Shown here: positions 14,742 through 24,487 of the stretch, piece by piece
How the letters are laid out: each line of letters begins with the position of its first letter
Position numbering within the stretch: the first letter of the stretch is position 1
Virus record (IMG/VR): IMGVR_UViG_3300045972_000112
Coordinates: 3,227-67,226 of that record
Origin: a virus
Direction: 5' to 3' (one strand)
Length of the DNA: 64,000 bases
The notes under the pieces: model-generated
The model's database searches: none
Seen by the model: the letters and a program-made list of their open reading frames with translations, nothing else
What the model was told of the DNA's origin: nothing
Position numbers and translations under genes: made by a program

Positions 14742-15079
14742 GCAAGCGGACAGTTATCACGGAGAAGTTCGATACGCAGGGTCGTCTCATCGAGCGGAGG
14801 ACGGAGTCCATCGAGGACCGTCCTCCGCTTCCTCTTCCCGCACCTGGGCAGTGGCCCCTCTTCCCGAACACCCCGGCCTACCCCTCCTTCCCGACGACGA
14901 GTCCTTGGGACCGGTGGCCCAACAGCCCCATCACCTGGACAAGCACGGCGAGGCAGGGGAAGGACTACATGACGTTCAACGCGGATGACATCCGTGACCA
15001 CGTATACGACTGGCAGAACGACCATCACGAGGTTCTGGGAGACAACGTCATCCAGGGCCCGTGGACCCCCATCGCCTAG
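14738..15079 (+). CDS. hypothetical Pro-rich protein
   Basis: ATGA overlap. Confidence 0.6.
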   Translation: MSKRTVITEKFDTQGRLIERRTESIEDRPPLPLPAPGQWPLFPNTPAYPSFPTTSPWDRWPNSPITWTSTARQGKDYMTFNADDIRDHVYDWQNDHHEVLGDNVIQGPWTPIA

Positions 15080-15108
15080 ACACCAGAAACACAACCAGGA
15101 GCATTGAC

Positions 15109-15324
15109 ATGACTGACACAGAGACGTTCGAGACAGTGGCGGACGCCTACGCCAAGAAGGCAATCGACGAAGTAAACGCTGGGCACTTGCAGACGGCACA
15201 GGTGCTTTCCAACCTTGCCATCGCCTCCGCGATCAAGGCGGGATCCAAGGTCATCGGAGACGCCATCGAGAAGGCGTTCACGGCGAAGCCGACCGGCATC
15301 TACCATGGGGGCCGGTCGTGGTGA
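15109..15324 (+). CDS. hypothetical protein
   Basis: AGGAG RBS. Confidence 0.65.
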   Translation: MTDTETFETVADAYAKKAIDEVNAGHLQTAQVLSNLAIASAIKAGSKVIGDAIEKAFTAKPTGIYHGGRSW

Positions 15325-15737
15325 ACAACCAGAAGAAGGTCGCCAAGTTCCACAAGGCCTTCGGGCAGGAGAAGCCCACCGAAAGCCAGATTCCTAGTGC
15401 CCTCCAACTACGGATGAGCCTCATCCACGAGGAGTGGCGCGAAGTCGACGAGGCCCTGGCTAACCTGGCTGAGACGTACACCGAGGGACGTCCCTGGCGA
15501 CAGCGGATGCTGGAGGCTGCGGCTAAGGAACTGGCCGACCTCCTGTACGTCGCCTACGGCACGGCTGACGTGCTGGGGATCCCCCTGGACAAGGTCTTCG
15601 CTGAGGTCCACCGCTCGAACATGAGCAAGTTGGGCCAGGACGGCAAGCCGGTCGTGCGGGAGGACGGCAAGTTCCTCAAGGGCCCCAACTACCGCCCAGC
15701 GGACATCCGGGGTGTGCTCACGGGGGAGTGGCTGTGA
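15321..15737 (+). CDS. MazG-like / PRA-PH family NTP pyrophosphatase
   Basis: FHKAFG, LIHEEWRE, KELADLLYV, EVHRSNMSK, REDGKFLKG. Confidence 0.9.
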   Translation: MNNQKKVAKFHKAFGQEKPTESQIPSALQLRMSLIHEEWREVDEALANLAETYTEGRPWRQRMLEAAAKELADLLYVAYGTADVLGIPLDKVFAEVHRSNMSKLGQDGKPVVREDGKFLKGPNYRPADIRGVLTGEWL

Positions 15738-16054
15738 GCAAGGTCTCGTGGCTGCGTAAGGCCACGAGCAACGCGCCTCGCACACCTGATGGTCGCCGGA
15801 TCTTGGTCCTTGCTGGTAGTTTCCGAGAGGCTAACTACTACGCCAAGGAGGAGAAGTGGCCCCAGGGCTGGAAGTTCATATCGAACCCGCACGACCTGTA
15901 CGGGCATCGTCCCGAGAACGCTGTCCTGCTCCTTCGAGGACGCTACTTCGACCACCCCCTCTGGCCAGAACTCTGGGAGATCGTGCAGTGGCAGGGGCTC
16001 GACGACACGCCGGAGATCGAGCAGATGTCCTGGGAAGACCTGGAGGAGCAGTAG
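15734..16054 (+). CDS. hypothetical protein
   Basis: GTGA overlap. Confidence 0.65.
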   Translation: MSKVSWLRKATSNAPRTPDGRRILVLAGSFREANYYAKEEKWPQGWKFISNPHDLYGHRPENAVLLLRGRYFDHPLWPELWEIVQWQGLDDTPEIEQMSWEDLEEQ

Positions 16055-16159
16055 AATCGTCTCTTACCCCATACTTGCGCGCTTGTGATTGCAGGCGTAC
16101 GTTGTTGTCTAGTTGAAGCGATACACCACACCACAGACAACTGGGAGATGAGATGGGAA

Positions 16160-16369
16160 ATGGCTACCTACGGAGCAGACAAGGACACCGCGAAACTGAT
16201 CAAGGCCGCTGAGAAGGCTGGCTGGACAGTGACCCTGACCGGCAACAACCACCTCAAGTTCCTACCCCCTGCGAAGGATCAGCCGATTCTTATCGGGGCC
16301 CTCACGGGCTGTGGCCCAGGGCAGAAGATGCTGCGTCGCCAGTTGGCCAAGGCTGGCGTAACGGTATAG
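16160..16369 (+). CDS. HicA-like small RNase-fold protein
   Basis: LIKAAEKAGWTV..GNNHLKF...LRRQLAKAG. Confidence 0.6.
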   Translation: MATYGADKDTAKLIKAAEKAGWTVTLTGNNHLKFLPPAKDQPILIGALTGCGPGQKMLRRQLAKAGVTV

Positions 16370-16440
16370 GTCGTCAAGCCGTCCGCCCGGTACTCTTGTC
16401 GTAGTGCCTTCTCCTTCGACGTGTACCGGGCGGATTCTGT

Positions 16441-16848
16441 ATGTCAACGATTCTTGCGGATCTGGTGCTCGCCACTACTGGCTACGCGACACCTGACTGG
16501 GTCCGTGAGGTTGGGGACGTGGGAATTGTCTGCACCATGATCCTGGCAGCGGTCGGCGTAGTCACCGTGATCTACCGGCTTAGCCTCTCAGCCACCCACA
16601 AGAAGGACGAGAAGTTCGTCAAGAGGGTTGTCGAGATCGTGGACCCTCTCCTAGACGAGAAGTTCGAGAGGTACACGAAGCCGATTCAGCCGGAGTCCAA
16701 CGGAGGAAAGTCCCTCCCTGACGTCCACAAGAAGTTGAACTTCCTGCTAGAGGCGATGGGCTACGACCTGTCGGACGTTCCTGGTAGTGCGCTCGCGTTC
16801 GACGCGAACGTCAAGGCGCTTGAGGGTATCCCCGATGCCAGCACTTAA
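16441..16848 (+). CDS. membrane protein, possibly lysis-associated
   Basis: one TM helix followed by NGGKSLPDV. Confidence 0.6.
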   Translation: MSTILADLVLATTGYATPDWVREVGDVGIVCTMILAAVGVVTVIYRLSLSATHKKDEKFVKRVVEIVDPLLDEKFERYTKPIQPESNGGKSLPDVHKKLNFLLEAMGYDLSDVPGSALAFDANVKALEGIPDAST

Positions 16849-17005
16849 GCGACCCACTGGTCCCGGTGTAGAGCCCTGGGATCCTCCCTACTCCGCCGCG
16901 CTTAGCAACGTCTACGTTGGCGGTCTGCTGTCCCCGCTCCAGTTCGGAGACGGAGTCCTTCCGGGTATGGCGGTAGGATCGGATTCAGCAACAGGCGCTA
17001 GTTAG
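16835..17005 (+). CDS. hypothetical protein
   Basis: GAGG RBS; 56 aa. Confidence 0.45.
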   Translation: MPALKRPTGPGVEPWDPPYSAALSNVYVGGLLSPLQFGDGVLPGMAVGSDSATGAS

Positions 17006-17015
17006 GAATCGACTC

Positions 17016-17168
17016 ATGGCCGAACGGGTTATCGGATTCGTAGACCGGTGCGTCTATTTCGACGGCGAACACGTCAAGGCCGCAGTCAACTGCCCTCACC
17101 AGGAAGAGACCTGGGACCAGGAGGGCCCCTTCATCCCCGAAGGCTGGACAGTCCAGCAGATCTCCTAA
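17016..17168 (+). CDS. hypothetical 50-aa protein (not in ORF track)
   Basis: AGGA RBS; MAERVIGFVDRCVYFDG... Confidence 0.55.
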   Translation: MAERVIGFVDRCVYFDGEHVKAAVNCPHQEETWDQEGPFIPEGWTVQQIS

Positions 17169-17178
17169 GGACACAGAC

Positions 17179-17565
17179 ATGAGCGAGACACCCATCGAGG
17201 CATCGGTCGAAGAGGCAACGGGCGTGGTCCCGACCGCCGAGGCGGATGCCCAGGCGGCTGAGGCAGCCGCTAAGGCAGCAGAAGAGGCCGCGAAGGTCGC
17301 CGAGGCCAAGGCTGCCGCTGAGGCTGCCGCAGCAACTGTGGAGCCGGTCGTGGAGACGGGCCCTGCCGGTGACTGGGTCTCCCAGCATGGCGCGCAGCCG
17401 TTGCAGACCGAGGAGTTCAACCGCTACGTGGTCACGAAGGCCGAACTCCCTGACCCCGAGGCGCAGCGCGCATTCGGAATCGACCCCGAGGCCTGGCTCG
17501 CCAAGCAGAACTTCGTCGTGGTCGAGGACGAGGCCGCGAAGAAGGCATACCTCGGTCTCGCGTGA
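17179..17565 (+). CDS. Ala/Glu-rich hypothetical protein
   Basis: AAGGA RBS; typical codons. Confidence 0.75.
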   Translation: MSETPIEASVEEATGVVPTAEADAQAAEAAAKAAEEAAKVAEAKAAAEAAAATVEPVVETGPAGDWVSQHGAQPLQTEEFNRYVVTKAELPDPEAQRAFGIDPEAWLAKQNFVVVEDEAAKKAYLGLA

Positions 17566-17578
17566 ACGACGGCTGACG

Positions 17579-17618
17579 GAGCGGGCTACCTGCTGCTGGG
17601 CTCCCGGTAGCCCGCTTC
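17579..17618 (+). terminator. intergenic hairpin
   Basis: GAGCGGGCTACC...GGTAGCCCGCTT. Confidence 0.5.
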
Positions 17619-17636
17619 ACCATCTAGGAGGTACCC

Positions 17637-18170
17637 GTGGCCCCACGCCCACCGCGTAGGAATCCACAGCCACCGAACCGCAACCGTGGTCCGGCGCGTC
17701 GTGCTGTCGTCCCCACCTTCGGACAGATCCAGCAGAGCACCTCCAACGGTAGTGGTGCTTACGATGAGAGCGTCCTGGGGCAGGCCGCTCTGGGAACCGG
17801 TCGCCGTGAGACGCCGCAGCACGCTGTAGCCAAGGGTCTCGACTACTCGTCGGCCCCAGAGGCAATGACGGCTCGTCGCAACATGTCCTATGAGACAGCG
17901 CTCGCGATGCAGGACGCGCGAGAGGGCGACGACAGCCTTCTCCTCCCATACCAGCCGACCCCGTCCATCGACCCGCCTCGTCCTCGCACCCTGGCCGCAG
18001 GTTATGACGCGAAGACCAAGACGCTGCGTGTCCGATTCCGCGACGGCGTGGGATACGAGTACTACGACGTTCCCCCGTCGGTCTGGCGCAACTTCAAGCG
18101 CGTGAAGAGCCCGGGTCGCCTGATCAACCGGACCCTGAACAACTACCCCTACGCAAGGGCCTCCTGGTGA
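17637..18170 (+). CDS. KTSC-domain protein
   Basis: GYDAKTKTLRVRFRDG..YEYYDVP...SPGRLIN. Confidence 0.85.
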   Translation: MAPRPPRRNPQPPNRNRGPARRAVVPTFGQIQQSTSNGSGAYDESVLGQAALGTGRRETPQHAVAKGLDYSSAPEAMTARRNMSYETALAMQDAREGDDSLLLPYQPTPSIDPPRPRTLAAGYDAKTKTLRVRFRDGVGYEYYDVPPSVWRNFKRVKSPGRLINRTLNNYPYARASW

Positions 18171-18805
18171 GCATGGAGCCTGGTCCCCAGTTCCGGCTGC
18201 GTACCACCAGGGGTCGCTCCGGGAAGACCGCCGTGGCGGAGGTGGCTGTCAAGGGTGGCGAGCACGGGGACCAGTACGGCGTTGTGGCGGTGAGTCGACC
18301 TAGCACGCACTACTCCTACTCCGCTGACCCCAGCCAGCACAGCGGGCAGGGCCGTCTATTCAACGCGAGCCATAGCCCGGGTGACGTGGACGCCTTCTTC
18401 TCCAAGGGTGCCCGACACCTCTTCCCGACGGCAGTAGGTGCGGCGGTCAACGAGAGCAGGGCCCGAGGATGGGGGACCCCCGTCCCGAGCAGTAGCCTCT
18501 CGCAGTTCTCCGCGCACGTCGTGCAGCATCTGGTCAACAAGGGGATCGTCGAGAACCCCACTGGACAGGGCAACTTCGTCGAGCCCTCGAACTTCGAGAC
18601 CTGGGACGCGGGACACCGTGTGGCCCACGAGTCCTGGAAGTTGGCGGAGACAACGCAGGACAGCACCAGGAACCTTCATACCGGCGAGGTGGCCAACGGT
18701 CGCCAGACGATGCGCGATGCACTCCGTGCAGGGACACACTTCCCTGGGAAGTCGTCAAGCGTCATGAAGGGCAAGCAGTTCAAGCAGTTGGCAATCGACG
18801 ACTAA
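18167..18805 (+). CDS. hypothetical protein
   Basis: GTGA overlap; 212 aa. Confidence 0.7.
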   Translation: MSMEPGPQFRLRTTRGRSGKTAVAEVAVKGGEHGDQYGVVAVSRPSTHYSYSADPSQHSGQGRLFNASHSPGDVDAFFSKGARHLFPTAVGAAVNESRARGWGTPVPSSSLSQFSAHVVQHLVNKGIVENPTGQGNFVEPSNFETWDAGHRVAHESWKLAETTQDSTRNLHTGEVANGRQTMRDALRAGTHFPGKSSSVMKGKQFKQLAIDD

Positions 18806-18873
18806 CAATCCCCCAACCGTCAAGTCATAGGATCCGAGTACTAGACGCACAACTACTCGGGAAACGAACACAG

Positions 18874-19179
18874 ATGGCAGACACCCATGACCTCGGACCG
18901 TTCTTCGCTCATGCGATCCGTCTTGAGCACGATGCCCCTCTACACCATCGCGCCGTCACTAACGAGATCGACGAGCCCTTCCGGTACTCCGTCTCCCACG
19001 TCCTCCACCTCTGGCCAGGACGAGGACTCGTCTTCGGAAAGTGGCACCACACTGATCGCACGGAGGACGAGGCCCTCCTCGACGCTATTGGTCTCACCAC
19101 CCCCGACGGAACCTTCGGAGGACGAGAAGACGTCCTTCGAGCCCGACCCGACTGGTTCGGAGCCACCGCTAGTGAGTAA
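18874..19179 (+). CDS. hypothetical protein
   Basis: ORF in operon. Confidence 0.65.
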   Translation: MADTHDLGPFFAHAIRLEHDAPLHHRAVTNEIDEPFRYSVSHVLHLWPGRGLVFGKWHHTDRTEDEALLDAIGLTTPDGTFGGREDVLRARPDWFGATASE

Positions 19180-19315
19180 CCTCCGGATGCTCATGGCTCG
19201 CGTGGATTCCTCGGATCCCAAGGTTCGAGCCAGCGCTCGCCGCGTTGTGGCGCATAACGCACAGGACCTCGACGAGGAGTACCGCATCCTCGACATGCTG
19301 GATCTTCTGGCATGA
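19172..19315 (+). CDS. hypothetical protein
   Basis: GTG start after GGAG; ATGA overlap downstream. Confidence 0.55.
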   Translation: MSNLRMLMARVDSSDPKVRASARRVVAHNAQDLDEEYRILDMLDLLA

Positions 19316-19530
19316 GGCGTCGCGAGGACAAGCGCAGGACACTGGCCTACAAGAGGCTCAAGAAGTTGCCGACCACAGAGGTCCTCAACTGGGCGGACAG
19401 CACGGGGTCAGGGATCGTCAAGGCACTCGACGACTACCGACGGCTGGGCCAGGCGGTATCGCTGGAGGAAGCGAAGCAGGGACTCTGGGCCCTGATCGGA
19501 GTGGTGGACGCTCTCGAAGAGCGGGTCTAG
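19312..19530 (+). CDS. hypothetical protein
   Basis: ATGA overlap. Confidence 0.7.
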   Translation: MRRREDKRRTLAYKRLKKLPTTEVLNWADSTGSGIVKALDDYRRLGQAVSLEEAKQGLWALIGVVDALEERV

Positions 19531-19676
19531 CGGCGGGGGGAGAACAGCCACGCGAACAGGGACGTGAGCAGGACGCTGAGCAGTGCTCCCTCTGCCGCTT
19601 GCCTGTTGTTCTCCTGCTGTCTCTGCTGGAGACCCCGGACGTACCCGTCGATGTTGTTCAGTCCGTCGCCGCTCAT
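19527..19676 (-). CDS. small membrane protein
   Basis: TAATG coupling; C-terminal hydrophobic helix. Confidence 0.55.
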   Translation of the reverse strand: MSGDGLNNIDGYVRGLQQRQQENNRQAAEGALLSVLLTSLFAWLFSPRR

Positions 19677-19849
19677 TACTGCTCCCGAATTAGTGGTTCG
19701 GCCTTCCAGTGAAGGACGTTCGTCTTGTCCCACATGTGCCAGCGGAGGCCACAGTCGTGACACTGCCAGTACAGGCCGTTCTTGTCCACGATCCTGTGCC
19801 CACGGCAACGCTCGCAGAACGCAATCGTGTTGATCTTCTGGTCGCTCAT
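19676..19849 (-). CDS. zinc-ribbon microprotein (not in ORF track)
   Basis: AGGAGG RBS; CERC...CHDC. Confidence 0.65.
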   Translation of the reverse strand: MSDQKINTIAFCERCRGHRIVDKNGLYWQCHDCGLRWHMWDKTNVLHWKAEPLIREQ

Positions 19850-19933
19850 GATGACCTCCTCTCGTTCCTGCGAGGCTAGTTGATACCCGGTCCAGTGTCA
19901 AGCAGACCGCGTGAAGCGCTGCCAGCGAATGGC

Positions 19934-19962
19934 TTGACACACCAGGTCCGAGAGTGGACTAT
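19934..19962 (+). promoter_or_regulatory. putative promoter
   Basis: TTGACA-17 nt-GACTAT. Confidence 0.4.
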
Positions 19963-19987
19963 GTCTGTCAACACCACAGGAGGAACC

Positions 19988-20200
19988 ATGACCACCGAGC
20001 GCAAGATCTACCAGCGCATCCCGAGCCGTCCCGACATCGAGATTCATGTCTATTCGCGGACGGTCGAGGGTCAGATCTACTTCGACGTTCGCGAGTACGT
20101 GATCTCCAAGGACGAGTACGGGCGGGGGATCACCTTCCGCGCCGAGCAGTTCGATCCCATCTGGACAGGCCTTGAGGCCGCATGGAAGGACCTGCCATGA
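19988..20200 (+). CDS. PC4/YdbC-like ssDNA-binding protein
   Basis: YFDVREY...GRGITF; AGGAGG RBS. Confidence 0.75.
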   Translation: MTTERKIYQRIPSRPDIEIHVYSRTVEGQIYFDVREYVISKDEYGRGITFRAEQFDPIWTGLEAAWKDLP

Positions 20201-20835
20201 CCACCGCCCCCGGCACCGCCTGCGCCCGCGAGGGCTGCGGACACGACAAGGACGAGCACGTCGGCCTAGGACTCGGCGGTCGCGATTCGTGCTCAGAATG
20301 GTGCGGATGGTGCGGCTGCCCCGCATACCTCGCCCCCACCCCCTGCGCTGGATGCGGTCACGCGGTCGAGTACGCGGACGATGGCATGGTCATCGAGCCG
20401 TACCAGCCCGCCCCCACCCCGACCGCCGATGATCTGCCGGTGTCGGTGTTTCCGTCGCGCGCTGGCGAGGACACCGACGACCTGGCCGCTCCGTCGCTGG
20501 GTGAGCGGGACGACGCTGCGGATCAGTGGCGCGAACCACTGGCGCGTGAGGTCGAGCGTCTCCGCGCGGAGTTCGACGCGGAGAAGGACCGCGCCGACGC
20601 AGCGGAGGAGCGGGCCAGGACCGCCGAGGCCGAGGTCGAGCGGCTGCGGAAGCACGAACTCTGCGACGAGCGGTGGCGCACTGAGCGCGACGCTGCTCGT
20701 GCTGAGGTCAAGGCGCTGGGGGAGCGGATCGCACTAGCCATCGAAGCGGAATGTCTCACCGCGCGCCACGCAAACGGCATCGTCTGCCGCTACTGCCGCG
20801 GAGCCGCTCACATCGCAAGGGAGACGACACCATGA
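20197..20835 (+). CDS. Cys-rich and coiled-coil hypothetical protein
   Basis: several CxxC; AEVERLR repeats. Confidence 0.7.
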   Translation: MTTAPGTACAREGCGHDKDEHVGLGLGGRDSCSEWCGWCGCPAYLAPTPCAGCGHAVEYADDGMVIEPYQPAPTPTADDLPVSVFPSRAGEDTDDLAAPSLGERDDAADQWREPLAREVERLRAEFDAEKDRADAAEERARTAEAEVERLRKHELCDERWRTERDAARAEVKALGERIALAIEAECLTARHANGIVCRYCRGAAHIARETTP

Positions 20836-20927
20836 TCTGTCACTACTGCGGACGCTACGAGGGCTACCCCACCTGGGTTGTCATTGAGGTCTGGGTGTGC
20901 CGCTTCTGCATGGGGTTCGTGGCGTGA
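20832..20927 (+). CDS. 31-aa CxxC-CxxC microprotein
   Basis: AAGGGAG RBS; ATGA overlap; CHYC...CRFC. Confidence 0.55.
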   Translation: MICHYCGRYEGYPTWVVIEVWVCRFCMGFVA

Positions 20928-21055
20928 CCAAGTGTCAGTGCCTACTCGCCAATCACCTCCTGACGTCGACAGGGACGGGTGAACCCAACTGCCCGAACGT
21001 CGTGACGGACCCCAACCGCACGACCTGCGACGAGTGCTGGTGGTGTGTGCCGTGA
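20924..21055 (+). CDS. 43-aa Cys-rich microprotein
   Basis: GTGA overlaps at both ends. Confidence 0.5.
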   Translation: MTKCQCLLANHLLTSTGTGEPNCPNVVTDPNRTTCDECWWCVP

Positions 21056-21294
21056 CCCTCTACGAGGTCCGTTGCCGTGGCTGCATGGCGCTGCTCGGCG
21101 TCGCGACCACGCAGAAGTACACCGTCTACTGCGACGAGTTCTGCGCCAGCGAGCGAGCAGCCGTGGCTGAGGAGGAGCGGGACGCCTTCATCGTGTCTCG
21201 ATACTTCAACCCTGCCCACAAGGTAGCCAGTTCTACGCTAGGTGCGGAGTACGGGATCAGCCGTCAGAGGATCCATCAGATCGTCCACGGTTAA
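21052..21294 (+). CDS. Zn-finger plus HTH DNA-binding protein
   Basis: CRGC, CDEFC, LGAEYGISRQRIHQIV. Confidence 0.7.
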   Translation: MTLYEVRCRGCMALLGVATTQKYTVYCDEFCASERAAVAEEERDAFIVSRYFNPAHKVASSTLGAEYGISRQRIHQIVHG

Positions 21295-21355
21295 CAGAAA
21301 GGCTTACATAAGTCAATACCCTGGTTGCAACACGTAGAAGCAACCAGGGGTATTG

Positions 21356-22930
21356 ATGACCGCCGTAGCAGAAGAACTCGAACTCGAAGAGGACGAGTAC
21401 ACCGACGAGACCGACGAAGAGCGCCAGGCCAGGATCGACACCGACATCATCCTGGACGAGGTCTCCCAGGCGATGGTCGATAAGTTGGTCGACAAGATGC
21501 TGCTGGTGGTCGATGAGATCTCCGGTCACCCGCTCTACGGCTACCAGGTCCCCTTCGCGCGCCGCCTCATCGAGTCCCTGATCATCAACGACGGGGCCAC
21601 CCTCACCGCGCTCTTCTCCCGACAGTCCGGCAAGTCTGAGACCGTGGCCAACGTCGTGGCTGCGGTCATGATCATGTTCCCCAGGCTGGCCAAGGCATTC
21701 CCTGCGCTGCTTGGGAAGTACAAGGAGGGTGTCTGGGTTGGTGCCTTCGCTCCGGTCGAGGACCAGGCCGACACCCTATTCGGTCGCATCGTGGCCCGAC
21801 TCACCAGCGACCGGGCCCAGGAGGTCATGGCGGACCCCGAGATCGACGACAAGGTCGACGGGGGATCTCGCGTCATCACCCTCAAGAACAGCGGCTCCCT
21901 GGTCCGCAAGCAGACTGCCCACCCCCGCGCCACCATCGAGGGCCGCACCTATCACCTGATCCTCATCGACGAGTGCCAGGGTGCCGACGAGCGCGTCGTC
22001 AACAAGTCCATCGGACCGATGGGTGCCTCCACCAACGCGACCATGGTCTTCACAGGCACCCCGACGTATGAGGTCGGCGTCTTCTACAAGCAGATCCAGA
22101 TCAACAAGAGGCAGTCCACCAGGCGCGGCCAGCGAATGAACCACTTCGAGGCCGACTGGAAGGAGGTCTCCAAGTGGAACAAGAACTACGAGCGCTTCGT
22201 GAAGAAGGAGATGCTCCGTATCGGTGAGGACGCCGACGAGTTCAAGTTGTCCTACCGACTCATGTGGCTGCTCGACCGAGGCATGTTCGTCACGGGGGAG
22301 AGGCTCGATGATCTCGGGGACCTCTCCATGCAGACGATCCCCTCCTGGCACAAGACTCCAGTCGTGGTGGGCATCGACCCTGCCCGAAAGCAGGACTCCA
22401 CCATCGTGACGGTGGTCTGGGTCCACTGGGACAACCCTGACGAGTTCGGGTACTACGAGCACCGCATCCTCAACTGGCTCGACCTTTCCGGACTGGGCTG
22501 GGAGGAGCAGTACGCCCGCATCGTGGAGTTCCTCTCCAACTACAACGTCTTCGCCATCGGCGTGGACGCGGGCGGCGTGGGCGACGTCGTGATCGACCGT
22601 CTGCGTGTCCTCATGCCGCAGACCCCGATCCAGGAACTGGGAAGCCAGAGGCCCGACCAGTCCAAGCGCTGGAAGCACCTCATGGAGTTGATCGACCGAG
22701 GAAAGATCGGTTGGCCAGCCCACGCCAAGACTCGCCGAAACAAGACATGGCGTCGCTTCCGTCAGCAGATGGAGGACCTGGAGAAGAAGTTCGAGGGTCC
22801 CTACGTCCTGGCTGCTGCGCCGCGAGCCGCTGACGCACACGACGACTACGCCGACAGTCTGGCGATGGCCTGCGTACTCACCAAGGACTTCACGCTGCCC
22901 GAGATCGAGGTATCCCGAAGCCCTTGGTAG
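21356..22930 (+). CDS. terL: terminase large subunit
   Basis: SRQSGKS Walker A, LILIDE Walker B, TGTP, GIDPA, HDDYADS. Confidence 0.95.
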   Translation: MTAVAEELELEEDEYTDETDEERQARIDTDIILDEVSQAMVDKLVDKMLLVVDEISGHPLYGYQVPFARRLIESLIINDGATLTALFSRQSGKSETVANVVAAVMIMFPRLAKAFPALLGKYKEGVWVGAFAPVEDQADTLFGRIVARLTSDRAQEVMADPEIDDKVDGGSRVITLKNSGSLVRKQTAHPRATIEGRTYHLILIDECQGADERVVNKSIGPMGASTNATMVFTGTPTYEVGVFYKQIQINKRQSTRRGQRMNHFEADWKEVSKWNKNYERFVKKEMLRIGEDADEFKLSYRLMWLLDRGMFVTGERLDDLGDLSMQTIPSWHKTPVVVGIDPARKQDSTIVTVVWVHWDNPDEFGYYEHRILNWLDLSGLGWEEQYARIVEFLSNYNVFAIGVDAGGVGDVVIDRLRVLMPQTPIQELGSQRPDQSKRWKHLMELIDRGKIGWPAHAKTRRNKTWRRFRQQMEDLEKKFEGPYVLAAAPRAADAHDDYADSLAMACVLTKDFTLPEIEVSRSPW

Positions 22931-22976
22931 TTGCGGCTACCCTGGTGAAAGACAATCCGCATCAGGGAGACGCTTC

Positions 22977-23837
22977 ATGACGTATGCCGATCAGTTCGCC
23001 GCAGCGGGGTCCGCAGCCGGAGCAGTGGCTGACAAGGACGTCGCGGGGCTCAATGCCACCATCGCGGGGCTCAATGCCACCATCGCCTCATTGAGGGCAT
23101 CTGCTGTGCAGCCTCTGGCGGTCTCAGGATCACCGGTGGCTGGCAAGTCGTGGTCAAAGGTATGGGGTGACGAGTTCAACTACATCGGACCTGCCGACCC
23201 GACGAAGTGGAGCACGGGCCGATGGGCACCGACCACTACCGCAGACGAGCCCTGGAACCATGGCAAGGAGGGCGCTTACCTGGCGTCATCGCAGGTAAAG
23301 GCTGACGGTGCCAACCTCGTTATCGCGACGGGTAGTGGTGCTCCCAAGACGATCAACGGCGTTGTGTATCCGACAGCCTCCGGACTGATCCAGTCTGCTG
23401 GCCACTACTCCATGGTCCCTGGACAGTTCATCGAGGCGAACATCTACATCCCCACCGCCTACGGATGCTGGCCCGCGATGTGGCTCCTTCCGATGCCAGT
23501 CAACACCTGGCCACCGGAGATCGACATCTTGGAGATCGACACTCGAACCGGAAAGAGGCCTGCGTTCAACTATCACCCGCTCGCTGGCGGTCCGAGCGGT
23601 CCGGACTCCTACGGGGAAACGACCAGCAACTACCTCGGAGCCTTCCATGTCTATGGACTTCACTGGGGCACTGACGGAATTCTCACCCCGTATCTCGACG
23701 GGAAGCCTTACGCGGTTCGACAGTTGCCGGTCGATCCTCGTCCGCACTATCTGCTCATCAACCTGTCCACCTACGCGGGTACCCAGCCACCTGCGGGTAC
23801 TCAGATGAAGGTTGACTGGGTCCGGGCCTGGGCTTAA
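22977..23837 (+). CDS. glycoside hydrolase family 16
   Basis: WGDEFN, WPAMWL, WPPEIDILE catalytic motif, FHVYG, VDWVRAW. Confidence 0.88.
   Translation: MTYADQFAAAGSAAGAVADKDVAGLNATIAGLNATIASLRASAVQPLAVSGSPVAGKSWSKVWGDEFNYIGPADPTKWSTGRWAPTTTADEPWNHGKEGAYLASSQVKADGANLVIATGSGAPKTINGVVYPTASGLIQSAGHYSMVPGQFIEANIYIPTAYGCWPAMWLLPMPVNTWPPEIDILEIDTRTGKRPAFNYHPLAGGPSGPDSYGETTSNYLGAFHVYGLHWGTDGILTPYLDGKPYAVRQLPVDPRPHYLLINLSTYAGTQPPAGTQMKVDWVRAWA
23041..23085 (+). repeat. 21-bp tandem duplication (one heptad) in the GH16 gene
   Basis: TCGCGGGGCTCAATGCCACCA twice. Confidence 0.85.
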
Positions 23838-23895
23838 GCAACCCGGAACCGATTCACCCTATCCTTAGCAGGAAGACTTCACTCAAGGAGACATC

Positions 23896-24114
23896 ATGGG
23901 ACTTCCCACAGACTCTGCCTGGACGGTTCTCGTCGACCGAGTAACCCCGGCCTCGTACGGCCCGACCCCGCAGGTCGGTCAGGGCACAACTGCTCAGCGC
24001 CCCGCAGGGCTTCCGGCTGACGGTCGCTCCTTCCAGTTCTACGACACGACACTCGGCAAGCCGGTGTGGTTCAACGGAACTGTCTGGAAGGACGCCACCG
24101 GGGCGACCGTCTGA
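23896..24114 (+). CDS. small virion/fibre-like protein
   Basis: GTTAQRP...FYDTTLGKPVWFNGTVWKDATG. Confidence 0.75.
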   Translation: MGLPTDSAWTVLVDRVTPASYGPTPQVGQGTTAQRPAGLPADGRSFQFYDTTLGKPVWFNGTVWKDATGATV

Positions 24115-24151
24115 CCTCAAAGTCAACTCATGAACACGGACGGTTAGGCCA

Positions 24152-24481
24152 ATGGCGGGACACGCAAACCTGGTAATGGACGCGGGTGCTACCTTCCGGC
24201 GAACCATTGCGGTCCGTAGGAACGGTGTGGACTTCACCTTCTCTGGCCGCACCGTCACCCTGTCGTTCTTCCTTCCCGGGGGAACGCCCTCTTCTGTGTT
24301 CACCAGCCCGTCGTCACAAGTCACCGTGGCCAGTGACGGGCTCTCCTTCACGATGACGCTGGACCCCACGACGCTTGCGTCGCTTCCAGTTTCGGGTAAG
24401 TACTTGATCGAGGTGTCCTCAACAGGTGGCGACACTCTTCGAATCCTAGAAGGGTCCGTAACACAGCGGACGCGGGGGTGA
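24152..24481 (+). CDS. small fibre adaptor-like protein
   Basis: GATFRRT...RILEGSVT pattern. Confidence 0.6.
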   Translation: MAGHANLVMDAGATFRRTIAVRRNGVDFTFSGRTVTLSFFLPGGTPSSVFTSPSSQVTVASDGLSFTMTLDPTTLASLPVSGKYLIEVSSTGGDTLRILEGSVTQRTRG

Positions 24482-24487
24482 TCTCAG

